Made by a program: the position numbers and the translations under genes. The notes below the pieces were generated by a model. It worked only from the letters and a program-made list of their open reading frames with translations. It was not told the origin of the DNA and searched no databases. A stretch of 63,642 nt of DNA, filler included, from Octopus bimaculoides (Eukaryota): NCBI RefSeq assembly GCF_001194135.2. It is 7 parts of 7 records of this genome, joined end to end, with 100 filler letters (N's around TTAATTAATTAA, not from the genome) between each part and the next. Parts side by side here need not be neighbours in the genome. Positions count along the whole stretch, not along the records: positions 1 to 27,191 come from NC_068981.1; 6 more parts are not named here. One strand, given 5' to 3'. Below, piece after piece: positions 1 through 11,639 of the stretch. Every line of letters begins with the position of its first letter. Within the stretch, counting starts at the first letter, position 1.

Positions 1-65
1 ATGGCACCGCGACTGTCGCGTTGCTCTCAAGCAACTCTGCCCTTTTGATCGGATTTTTTTTTTCT

Positions 66-132
66 TAAAGAAAAGCTCTACAATTGTATTTGTCCCCTCT
101 GTGTGCAGCCGTGTGTGGCTAATAAAAGAAAG

Positions 133-186
<54 letters not shown>

Positions 187-251
187 GTGTGTCTGTCTGT
201 GTGTCTGTCTGTCTGTTTGACTATCAGTCTCTCCGCTAGTCTGTGTTTCTG

Positions 252-311
<60 letters not shown>

Positions 312-312
312 A
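66..312 (+). mobile_element. 3' tail of a retroelement ending in (ATCT)n
   Basis: gaaaagctctacaattgtatttgtcccctctgtgtgcagccgtgtgtggctaataaaagaaa + (TATC)n. A near-identical copy is on the minus strand at ~51180-51290. Confidence 0.65.
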
Positions 313-754
313 TGTTGGACCTTCTTTGCGGCCCTTCAGCATGTTAGAAATAATACAAAAATCAGTCTCTAATCGCACGCTTTCGCCTTAATAAAAAAAA
401 ATGCAGTCCTAAAATAAAATAAAATAAAATAAAATAAAATAAAATAAAAAACGGTGTTGGTCCTGACTGGGACTGCTCTTTTCATAGCCTTTGATAAAGG
501 CTGTATTAAGGCTATAAGCTGTCTATGTTGCCTACTTTTTTTTTGTATGCTTATTTAATTAATTAACGATCTGCTCTTAAACCGAACGAAGTAACTAACG
601 AATGCAGAAAGAAAAACACTCGCATACATACAAATTTTTAGGCACCATTGTGTGTATGTCTGTATGCGTGGCGTGTATGTGTAGAACAAAATGAATTCTA
701 TATATAATTATATAGATCCAAGGATCGAGGTGTAGAGAGAAGAGAGAGAGAGAG

Positions 755-804
<50 letters not shown>

Positions 805-1424
805 NNNNNNNNNNNNNNNNNNNNNNNNNNNNNNNNNNNNNNNNNNNNNNNNNNNNNNNNNNNNNNNNNNNNNNNNNNNNNNNNNNNNNNNNNNNNNNNN
901 NNNNNNNNNNNNNNNNNNNNNNNNNNNNNNNNNNNNNNNNNNNNNNNNNNNNNNNNNNNNNNNNNNNNNNNNNNNNNNNNNNNNNNNNNNNNNNNNNNNN
1001 NNNNNNNNNNNNNNNNNNNNNNNNNNNNNNNNNNNNNNNNNNNNNNNNNNNNNNNNNNNNNNNNNNNNNNNNNNNNNNNNNNNNNNNNNNNNNNNNNNNN
1101 NNNNNNNNNNNNNNNNNNNNNNNNNNNNNNNNNNNNNNNNNNNNNNNNNNNNNNNNNNNNNNNNNNNNNNNNNNNNNNNNNNNNNNNNNNNNNNNNNNNN
1201 NNNNNNNNNNNNNNNNNNNNNNNNNNNNNNNNNNNNNNNNNNNNNNNNNNNNNNNNNNNNNNNNNNNNNNNNNNNNNNNNNNNNNNNNNNNNNNNNNNNN
1301 NNNNNNNNNNNNNNNNNNNNNNNNNNNNNNNNNNNNNNNNNNNNNNNNNNNNNNNNNNNNNNNNNNNNNNNNNNNNNNNNNNNNNNNNNNNNNNNNNNNN
1401 NNNNNNNNNNNNNNNNNNNNNNNA

Positions 1425-1465
1425 ACTGGAACCCTCGACGTCGTAAGCGACGGAGTGCCAACACA
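1425..1465 (+). mobile_element. SINE family C, 3' tail only (rest in gap)
   Basis: aactggaaccctcgacgtcgtaagcgacggagtgccaaca matches the ends of the copies at 16079-16466 and 31005-31390. Confidence 0.85.
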
Positions 1466-1859
1466 CATTCCTACTGTATTTGTGTAACATTGTTCGTTTT
1501 TTCCGTCCTTGTTTTTGTATACATTCGCTGCTTTCTCCCAAGGAATCTAATGCTCTTAGCTTAGTTTTTCCTTGGGGCTGGCCAGATTGGAGCAATATCG
1601 AGAATAACCAGCCGAAATTGCAAGGATAATCTGGATCTCGACTGAAGAGAGAAAACTCCGAATGACCTGTCCGTGTTTTCTTTGTATCGTCTATCTGGAT
1701 GTTTTGTCCCTTTCTTGTATCACCTAACGGTCTGGATGTTTCGCGTTCTTGTCCCATTCTGTATCATATATATAGAGAAGGAGAAAATCAGAGAGAAAAG
1801 AGAGCAGGAGAGAATCAGAGAGAAAGAGAGACAGGGAATGAACCAGAAGGATATCCCAA

Positions 1860-2505
1860 GGAGAAAGAAATAAGAATCCACAATATGGTAGAAGCCATAG
1901 CCACTCATAATAAAAAGGAATACTGATGAAATGTCCCAGTGAAGACCTCAATAAAATGTAAGCACAACATACCTGATATAATGATTTGGGATTGAGAAGA
2001 GAAACTGTGCAGAGTTGTGAAAATTAGCTGCCCAGAGGATGTTAACATAAAGCTGAAGATCAGTGAAAAAGAGAACACCTATATTGAACTATTGAGAAAT
2101 CTGCAGTTACTCGATCCAGATTACAAGTTCAGGTTTATACTTGTAATTATTGGGACCCTGGGATATGTATGTAACACACTGCCTAAATACCAAACTTGAG
2201 AAATGAGGCTTCTCAAAACCAGAAAGGAGAAAGCTAATTCGAAGACTACAGATCCAATCCTTCACTGGGACTGTACAAATCTGTAAAACTTTCCAGAAGT
2301 TTATCATTTAAATATATATATGAGCATGCCTAGATCTGCAACTAAATGCATGAGAATACATACATAAAGCATACAAATCTACACATACATACATAGATAC
2401 ATACACACATACATGCAACAGTACCCTTGTGTTGATGTTGAAATTCCAATGAAGGAACGTTGGATCTAGGTTAGAAACCAGTTCTTTCTCTATTGGCAAG
2501 AAGAC
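1860..2505 (+). mobile_element. 3' fragment of an R4/Dong-like non-LTR retrotransposon (restriction-like endonuclease domain plus 3' UTR)
   Basis: Across stops and a frameshift: EY*WNVPVKTSIKCKHNIPDIMIWD*EEKLCRVV(E)ISCPEDVNIKLKISEKENTYIELLRNLQLL..YKFRFILVIIGTLG. This is the PD-(D/E)xK RLE pattern typical of the R4 clade. Confidence 0.75.
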
Positions 2506-3515
2506 ATATATATATATATATATATANNNNNNNNNNNNNNNNNNNNNNNNNNNNNNNNNNNNNNNNNNNNNNNNNNNNNNNNNNNNNNNNNNNNNNNNNN
2601 NNNNNNNNNNNNNNNNNNNNNNNNNNNNNNNNNNNNNNNNNNNNNNNNNNNNNNNNNNNNNNNNNNNNNNNNNNNNNNNNNNNNNNNNNNNNNNNNNNNN
2701 NNNNNNNNNNNNNNNNNNNNNNNNNNNNNNNNNNNNNNNNNNNNNNNNNNNNNNNNNNNNNNNNNNNNNNNNNNNNNNNNNNNNNNNNNNNNNNNNNNNN
2801 NNNNNNNNNNNNNNNNNNNNNNNNNNNNNNNNNNNNNNNNNNNNNNNNNNNNNNNNNNNNNNNNNNNNNNNNNNNNNNNNNNNNNNNNNNNNNNNNNNNN
2901 NNNNNNNNNNNNNNNNNNNNNNNNNNNNNNNNNNNNNNNNNNNNNNNNNNNNNNNNNNNNNNNNNNNNNNNNNNNNNNNNNNNNNNNNNNNNNNNNNNNN
3001 NNNNNNNNNNNNNNNNNNNNNNNNNNNNNNNNNNNNNNNNNNNNNNNNNNNNNNNNNNNNNNNNNNNNNNNNNNNNNNNNNNNNNNNNNNNNNNNNNNNN
3101 NNNNNNNNNNNNNNNNNNNNNNNNNNNNNNNNNNNNNNNNNNNNNNNNNNNNNNNNNNNNNNNNNNNNNNNNNNNNNNNNNNNNNNNNNNNNNNNNNNNN
3201 NNNNNNNNNNNNNNNNNNNNNNNNNNNNNNNNNNNNNNNNNNNNNNNNNNNNNNNNNNNNNNNNNNNNNNNNNNNNNNNNNNNNNNNNNNNNNNNNNNNN
3301 NNNNNNNNNNNNNNNNNNNNNNNNNNNNNNNNNNNNNNNNNNNNNNNNNNNNNNNNNNNNNNNNNNNNNNNNNNNNNNNNGTGTGTGTTTGCACTGAGTA
3401 TGAAAGCACTTTTTCGTAAACTGTAAAGACATCAAGCATGCACATACTTAGCCGAAAGTGCAAGAGATAAGACAAGAATAAAGAGGAAGGAGAAAGAGAA
3501 CGAGAGTGAGAGAGA

Positions 3516-3562
<47 letters not shown>

Positions 3563-4051
3563 GGGTGGGAGAAGAAAATTGGGAGGGTGAGAGTAGAAGG
3601 AGATATAAAGAGGAGAAAGAGAGAAAGAGATATATAGGAACGGGGAAGGAATGCATGCGCTGGTTTCGGTCAATAAAGTTAATTTGCACCTCACACGCTG
3701 TTAATGAAACTGAGACTTCACAGGAGAACAAGGAACCATAGTTTTTGAATTAGTGGACAATATAAGCAGTGTGACAGCATACTGAGAACCTGGTCTGTCT
3801 GAACTGCACCCATTGCAGTATTTGTGTTGTACTATTTAACGCGGTTAAACTCATACGCACGCACACACAAGCGCACACAAACATATATACGCGAACGCAC
3901 TTACGCACATACACACGCACTCAGTATTTGCACTGTTGATGCTCTTAGTTGTACGGAAACATTTAAAGTGCACACGAAAACTGTTTAAACTATCAGCTTA
4001 GATAATTACCATGTATATACACACAGCTATATATAGAATTGACATTCACAC

Positions 4052-4097
<46 letters not shown>

Positions 4098-4142
4098 GCA
4101 CATATGTATATACATGTATATATATATGTATGTATACAACAA

Positions 4143-4184
<42 letters not shown>

Positions 4185-4606
4185 NNNNNNNNNNNNNNNN
4201 NNNNNNNNNNNNNNNNNNNNNNNNNNNNNNNNNNNNNNNNNNNNNNNNNNNNNNNNNNNNNNNNNNNNNNNNNNNNNNNNNNNNNNNNNNNNNNNNNNNN
4301 NNNNNNNNNNNNNNNNNNNNNNNNNNNNNNNNNNNNNNNNNNNNNNNNNNNNNNNNNNNNNNNNNNNNNNNNNNNNNNNNNNNNNNNNNNNNNNNNNNNN
4401 NNNNNNNNNNNNNNNNNNNNNNNNNNNNNNNNNNNNNNNNNNNNNNNNNNNNNNNNNNNNNNNNNNNNNNNNNNNNNNNNNNNNNNNNNNNNNNNNNNNN
4501 NNNNNNNNNNNNNNNNNNNNNNNNNNNNNNNNNNNNNNNNNNNNNNNNNNNNNNNNNNNNNNNNNNNNNNNNNNNNNNNNNNNNNNNNNNNNNNNNNNNN
4601 NNNNNN

Positions 4607-4651
<45 letters not shown>

Positions 4652-5179
4652 ATATATGAATGCACACAAGGACATACACACACACACACTCACACACATA
4701 TGTATTTACGCACATATACGTACACAAACACATGTATAGTAGATACGTTAGCAAAGAGAGGTAATGTTATAGAGTTGTCTATTATACCATCGTATGCATA
4801 AACACATTAGCATAATAGCGCATTCATTTTGTCTCTCGTAGACCTATACACGTGGGTGTGTCTGCATAAATACTCTTGCACTTCAGCCTTCTTAATATTG
4901 TGGATTATATCTATATATGTCATCGCTTAAATAGAATTCTGCTGTTTGCCTCTGCGTATGTACGTGTGTGCGTATGCTCGTGCGACGCTTTTACTAATGA
5001 ATTCATGCCGCTTCTTGTGAGATTTTCCAGCAAAATTTGGTCGAGTATTCTGTAGATTCATAAGCTTAATGTAGTCCCCAAACATGTTTAGTGTAACTAT
5101 GTGTGTAGCATGCATTGCCATTTGAATTGCAGTTACAGTTTGGTCCAGAATTACTGCACGAATTTATATTATAGTAAAT

Positions 5180-5880
5180 GATTACGACTGTCTTTCTGTG
5201 TGAATGAATCGGTGATAAGACAAGTAACAAGCGATATCTAAAAAGGCTTGACAGTCCACCTCATGGTTTTCGGCGGACAAAATCGAAAAGGCGTTGTCCC
5301 GGTGTATGGCGAGTGAGATGTGGTGGAACAGCCACTCTGAGTCACGGGGCTCGAACTTGCGGACAGTGATGAGCAGGGATGTGGTCTGGGGGTCGAGAAC
5401 GCCGGAAGTTTCCACTGTCACAGGGCTCGACCACAGACCTATCAAAGAGCGGCCGATACTTTGACAGTTTGCCCTTATCGGCCTGACGAACAGCCGAACC
5501 TGGGATGGTAGCTAAACTCACCAAGTTGCCGCTGGAGAAGGTGTCATAGCATGTAACATCTCAGATCAGTGGCCTACCACCATGGAACAGGAAAACTGTC
5601 ATGCTGTCAGGCCTTTTACCGTCCACTTGGTTTAGCTCCACTAGCTCGAGCTGGGAGGGAAGCCTGCGGCGTATAGACCATGCTTTATGATCTCATTGAG
5701 AGCAGCATAGCGTGGAAGGCAGCCAGCACTATAATAGCATGAGAATGAGTGGAGGCCGAAAGAATCCACAGTGGATCCGCAGCGGCATTTGTGAAGCTCA
5801 CAGATCCGGAGGCCAAGCCTCAGGGAAACACCGATGTACAGAAGAAGGCATGGGTCAGCTTTTTCGGGAAGTAGGGCGCA
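5180..5880 (-). mobile_element. 3' fragment of a CRE-clade non-LTR retrotransposon (CCHC finger + RLE)
   Basis: LRLGLRICELHKCRCGSTVDSFGLHSFSC..AALNEIIKHGL.AAGFP..DGKRPDSMTVF..PLI*DVTCYDT..KYRPL..VETSGVL, over frameshifted ORFs 5641-5943, 5342-5524 and 5182-5445. Confidence 0.75.
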
Positions 5881-6231
5881 TAAGTCATGGATCGTCATCA
5901 GGTGGGCTGCACTACTAAAAAAAAATACAAGGTAATTTTTCATTTGACGCGCTATTCATAAGGTCCCACGAGCGGTAGTTTGCACATGGCGGCTAGTCTA
6001 GTCCATCTAAATGGGCGTCGGCTTCCCCTCAATTTCCGCCTACTCCGTTTTACCCATAAAGCTTGGGCTATACAGAGACTTCAGCAGAAGACATTTTACT
6101 AAGATGCCTACGAAGTGTAATCAAACTCAGAACTTCGTGATGGCAAAGTAAATTCTTTAAATGTTTGCCCACCCACTCATTCAACCAACCGATCAACTGA
6201 CCGACTGACCAATCGACCGACACACACACGC

Positions 6232-6312
<81 letters not shown>

Positions 6313-6353
6313 CACACACACATACACTTGTATATAACCATCCTCTCACACCG

Positions 6354-6399
6354 CCTCCGATGAAGGGATATAATATATATCCTGGAAACAGCTGTAAGA
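6354..6399 (+). ncRNA. Minimal type-I hammerhead-ribozyme-like motif (degenerate core)
   Basis: cct-CCGATGA-agggatat aat atatatcctg-GAAAC-AGCT-GTA-aga. Core CUGAUGA has a U4-to-C change; stem II is ~7 bp; stem III is the palindrome ACAGCTGT; cleavage triplet GUA. Confidence 0.6.
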
Positions 6400-6574
6400 T
6401 CTTCTATTTATAAATGTTCTATATTATACACAGCCTTGGTTTTTTATCTCATTACGAAAAGTGAATCCTTATATATATATATATACATACATACATACGT
6501 ATGTATGTATCTATACATATATATAGATACATACATACATATGTATGTATGCGTGTGTGCGTATGTCTTTGTGT

Positions 6575-6782
6575 TTCTCCTCAATCACCAATCACCGCTT
6601 GACATCCGGTGTTGGTTAGTTTACGTTCCCGTAATTTGGCGGTCCGGAACAAAGAGACCGTCAGTACAAGTACCAGGTTAAAAAACAAAACAAGTACTGG
6701 GATCGATTTTTTTCGATTAATTCCTTGAAGTCTGTGCCTCAGCATGGCCGCAGTCAAATGACTGAAACAAGTAAAAGACAAA
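6575..6782 (+). mobile_element. SINE family B, 3' half
   Basis: cgcttgacatccggtgttgg...cagcatggccgcagtcaaatgactgaaacaagtaaaaga, as in 23172-23585. Confidence 0.8.
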
Positions 6783-7482
6783 CAATCACCAATCAGACAT
6801 CCAATTAAATAATCCATTAACCAACCAAGTAATGAGTCAATCACGCATTCATAATAAATCAACTGACTAACCAACGAGCCAATCAATCAACCAATCAAAT
6901 AATGAAAACAAAAAAAAAGCAGTCACTCACTCAGTCACTCACTCTCTCACTCACTCACTCTCTCACTTACTCACTCTCTCACTCAATTAAACAATCAATC
7001 AATCATTCATTCATTCATTCATTAATTTATTATGTATAAAATGCTACCGTCTCTAATCGTGGTCATTACATAGGGGCATATAACTAGCTCAGACAAGGCA
7101 GAGCTTAGCAAGTAAGCAATGCTATTAGATCCTTCGAAGTATTTCATGATTACTCACTGACCACGTAATAAATACACGCATTCCTACTAAAAGTGTGAGA
7201 AACAATGGCCCGTGTGCAACCCTGACAATACGGAGGCCATGTTACTTTCTATCGACAAAAGCTGGAGTGTTCTTCAAGGGCATTGTAGATCAATAGAAAA
7301 ATCATTAACGGAATGTCATTAATTGAACTACGGCAACTAATGATTATTACTCTATTAATATACATGTAAAGATATGCATATATATGATTGTACACGCTGA
7401 AATCAAAGGATATGCCTGAGTACGTGTGTGTGTACGAGCGCGTGTGCGTGTATGTACGTACGTATGTATGTATGTATGTATG

Positions 7483-7527
<45 letters not shown>

Positions 7528-7944
7528 NNNNNNNNNNNNNNNNNNNNNNNNNNNNNNNNNNNNNNNNNNNNNNNNNNNNNNNNNNNNNNNNNNNNNNNNN
7601 NNNNNNNNNNNNNNNNNNNNNNNNNNNNNNNNNNNNNNNNNNNNNNNNNNNNNNNNNNNNNNNNNNNNNNNNNNNNNNNNNNNNNNNNNNNNNNNNNNNN
7701 NNNNNNNNNNNNNNNNNNNNNNNNNNNNNNNNNNNNNNNNNNNNNNNNNNNNNNNNNNNNNNNNNNNNNNNNNNNNNNNNNNNNNNNNTATATATATATA
7801 TACATACATATACATACATATATCTACAAACATACACGCATTTATACATGCTTGCACATTTACAGCACAAGGAGAGTATGTGTGTGTGTGTGTATTTACA
7901 ATTATCTACGTATTGATTTCTCTACATATATGTTGGTTAAGTGG

Positions 7945-9010
7945 CTGGTCTCGCGGCCCCGTCTTCCGCGGGGGGATTGCTGCAATGTACAGTGACATCT
8001 CGGTGGTTAGTGAGAATGGTCACCTACTGGAACCATTCAATATGATGTGTTTGCTGTGTCAATGTTGTGCTCGTTCGCCTTTTCTTGAGCAACTATTGCA
8101 GAAACTAGAGACGTTGGTGGGATATAAAAGAACGATGTCGGCATACGCTAACAAAAGAGCATTTTTGTGTCGGACACTAACCACATGCAAAGGACTACGG
8201 GGCGGAGACAGGAGCATAAAAATCCAAAAAAGTCAGTGGGCCTGCAGTTCAGGACCTGGAGAGGCATATGCATGTCATCTGATATCATCGTGGTGCACTG
8301 GTAGAACGAACTGGTTAAATTGTTCGGGGTTTGCTTTGGTCCAGACCTCTAAGTAGAGAACTTAGATGAGGTGCTGAGCAGGGTGGCCTATCTCACCTAG
8401 AAAACTGGCTGAGAGAAGACTATCTCTGAAAAATTGGGAATAGGTGGCGAGCGCTTACACCATCTCCATTATATATTATCGCCTGGCCGATCTTCCTTAC
8501 TCCAGTACATGTCTTAACAGATTGGAGCGCCTGCTCTTCTGCTTCCTGTGGAAGAGACGTATTACACTTGTTTGGCACTTCGTTTGTTGTCAACACCCGG
8601 TGAATAAGAGACTTGATATGCTGTCACTCATGATGCACAGACGGTGACATCTGTAGCGTTTCCTTGACTGGTGATCGCCGTTTGTCAGACTCGTTTTTCC
8701 AGCTCTTCTCTTTGAAAGAATTGCAGTCCTGGGTCAAGTGCAGACAAAAGCAATACGCTTGAAATCTAAAGTGTCGTCAGGTGCTCGTATCCCTCTGCCA
8801 GTCGGACAATGCGATCAATGTACGTTTCCTTTTGGTGATTTATATAGGGTTAGTGGCAGAAAAGAGTGACGACGTTCTCCGTGAGAATATAGGGCGTCGG
8901 CGAGAACAGAGCGCCGACGAAAATCAACTGATTGGTCTGCTTTCGGCCCGGAACCCATGGATAATTTCTAGAAATCTCTGTCTTGGCAGTACAATCAGGA
9001 TTAAGGGTGA
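7945..9010 (+). mobile_element. L1/Tx1-clade LINE ORF2 relic (RT and downstream region)
   Basis: GIAAMYSDISVVSENGHLLEPF..SAYAN (YADD position)..VKLFGVCFGPDL..SIIYYRLADLPYSSTCLNRLERLLFCFLWK..GPEPMDNF, with many frameshifts. Confidence 0.7.
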
Positions 9011-9049
9011 AGATGCATTGTCAGTTTGAGATAAACTCCTGGGATGCGC

Positions 9050-9238
9050 ACAGAGCCGGGCGAAATGTTTAGCGGTATTTCGCCCATTGCTACGTTCTGA
9101 GTTCAAATTCCGCCGAGGTCGACTTTGACTTTCATCCTTTCGGGGTCGATTAAATAAGTACCAGTTACGCACTGGAGTCGATGTAATCGACTTAAAACCT
9201 TCCCCCAAATTTGAGGCCTTGTGCTTCCAGTAGAAAGG

Positions 9239-9240
<2 letters not shown>
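9050..9240 (+). mobile_element. SINE family A
   Basis: gaaatgtttagcggtatttcg...gagttcaaattccgccgaggtcgactttgactttcatcctttcggggtcgattaaataagtaccag; more than 12 copies in the window. Confidence 0.9.
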
Positions 9241-9277
<37 letters not shown>

Positions 9278-9375
9278 GAGTGAGAGAGCAGTGCATGTCA
9301 TTAAAGTGACACTGGGGTAAAATATACAAAGCCCAATATACCCATCATGACTACCCGTCTGATAAGGGTACACCA

Positions 9376-9378
<3 letters not shown>
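9241..9378 (-). mobile_element. 3' end of an (AAT)n-tailed repeat, family E
   Basis: attgagtgagagagcagtgcatg...gactacccgtctgataagggtacacca is shared with 55452-55560; the (ATT)n on the plus strand is its tail. Confidence 0.7.
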
Positions 9379-9423
<45 letters not shown>

Positions 9424-9477
9424 CACTATTATTATTATTGTTGTTGTTGTTATTGTTGTTGTTGTTATTATTATGAA

Positions 9478-9800
9478 GTCGGTGAGCTGGCAGATTTGTT
9501 CATGTATCGGACAAAATGCTCCGAACCTTTTTTCCCCCCCCTACCTCATTACGTTCCTAGTTCAAAGATCACTGAGGTCGACTTAACTTTTCTAAGGCGG
9601 CGTGCTGTTGGAATCATTAGCGCGTAGGACAAAATGCTTAGGGGCAATTATTTTGGTTCTGAGTTCAAATTCTGCTGAAGTCGATTTTTACCTTTTGTCG
9701 TTCCGGGGACGATAAAATAAATGCCAGTCAAATATTGGGCGCGATTCAATCGATTAACACTATTCCACTAAAATTGCTCACCTTGTGCCAAAATTTAAAA
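9478..9800 (+). mobile_element. Two degenerate SINE-A copies in tandem
   Basis: Two ggtgagctggcag/ggcggcgtgctg heads, each followed by a gagttcaaa..gtcgac body. Confidence 0.7.
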
Positions 9801-9830
9801 CTATAAGATAGCAAACTGGCAGAATCGTTG

Positions 9831-9935
<105 letters not shown>

Positions 9936-10769
9936 CACACACACAGAGGGTAAATGAAGGCAAGAGAAATAGAGAAAACTATATACATTTTATTAAACAT
10001 GGATAAGGCAATGGGTAGTGGCATTATTCACATTTTCTCAAACAAGTATTAGGAAATGAAACAGTCTCTGCGTAAGATTCGAAACCGAAAAGCCATTTCC
10101 ATTGAAATTGTATCATCTAACAGAGTCCAGGACGTATATTCGAGAACATCAACACATACTCACACACAAAACATACAAATACCTGTACGATATACAGTTA
10201 TTTGTACACAGATATATATNNNNNNNNNNNNNNNNNNNNNNNNNNNNNNNNNNNNNNNNNNNNNNNNNNNNNNNNNNNNNNNNNNNNNNNNNNNNNNNNN
10301 NNNNNNNNNNNNNNNNNNNNNNNNNNNNNNNNNNNNNNNNNNNNNNNNNNNNNNNNNNNNNNNNNNNNNNNNNNNNNNNNNNNNNNNNNNNNNNNNNNNN
10401 NNNNNNNNNNNNNNNNNNNNNNNNNNNNNNNNNNNNNNNNNNNNNNNNNNNNNNNNNNNNNNNNNNNNNNATATATATATATATATAATACAAATAATAA
10501 ATGAGTATATGCATATATACGTACATGTATGTACATACCTACATCTACCTGTATATATAGATGCATATCTGGGTACAGGGCGTTGCAAAGAAAATGTAGA
10601 CAAAATGATAAACAGAGTACAGAAAACACACAGTCCACATAGAGAACATTTCCTTCATCAGCTGCCACCTATGCCATATGTCTGTATTTAATTTTGTGTT
10701 AGTACTTGATAAATAACCCTTTCTAATGCAGGCACAAGGCTTGAAATTTTGGGAGAGGGCATGACTGGA

Positions 10770-11330
10770 ACGCTTATAGGACTGTCGCTTTCTTTTCCAT
10801 TTTGTGAATCTAATATCCAAGTTCTTCTCTCCAGCATATGACCGTTCCTCCACCAAAAATTTTCCCCTTACCACATCAACATAAAATAACTGGATACTTT
10901 GTAGCTTCAGCCCAACCAGGAGCAATTGTAATTCTTGGAGTTACAGTGCGTAAGCCAGCCTTGGTAAATATGCTTTAACCATTATCAGTTGCTGCTCAAG
11001 CGTGAGTTTGGGAAAATTAAATCTAGGTGATTACATCCTGACAGGAAAACAAGTTGTGGTATCAGCGTTAAGTCAGGTTTCGATAGATTGGATTTCCGGC
11101 AGTCATTTGCGATTAAGAGGAGATACCAGTCATTTTGGGTCTTCTTTGCCACTAAATCTTGTCACCTCACAGCGAAGATAATGACGATAAGAACTATACA
11201 CCTCAAGCGCCATTATAAATATCTATCATGCAGATATCATTTCATGCAACGTAGATCGTGGGTCTTGGACCACTAAAATGTCTGATGGTAACTGAGGGTC
11301 TGGTAACGGGAACACGTTTTAATTTGCTGG
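10770..11330 (-). mobile_element. Possible highly decayed RTE-like LINE fragments
   Basis: Only weak motifs: LRCMK*YLH and W..GHML. Confidence 0.3.
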
Positions 11331-11639
11331 AGGTTTTTAATTGGAACTATACACAACACTGGTGCAGAGCAACAGTCGCTGTCAGCTGGGATTGAGTGGG
11401 ATCTATCCCCTGCAGACACCTGTGCGGCTGAGCAGGCCTATCAAAGAACCGTGCTGATTACCTCAGTAGGAGATTGGCTAAAAAATGTGGCCTAAGCATC
11501 GTTTACAGACCTCTGGTCCCGGATAAAAAACACCGCCCCTATCAGAATATTCCACAGAGCAGTCGAAAAAGGGTAAACTAAAATATGCCGCTTAGTTTTG
11601 TTACATTCAATATACTGATATAGTCTGATATTGGCAACT

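Noticed and set aside
555-566. TTAATTAATTAA without flanking Ns
   Set aside because: Chance match in AT-rich DNA; not a spacer.
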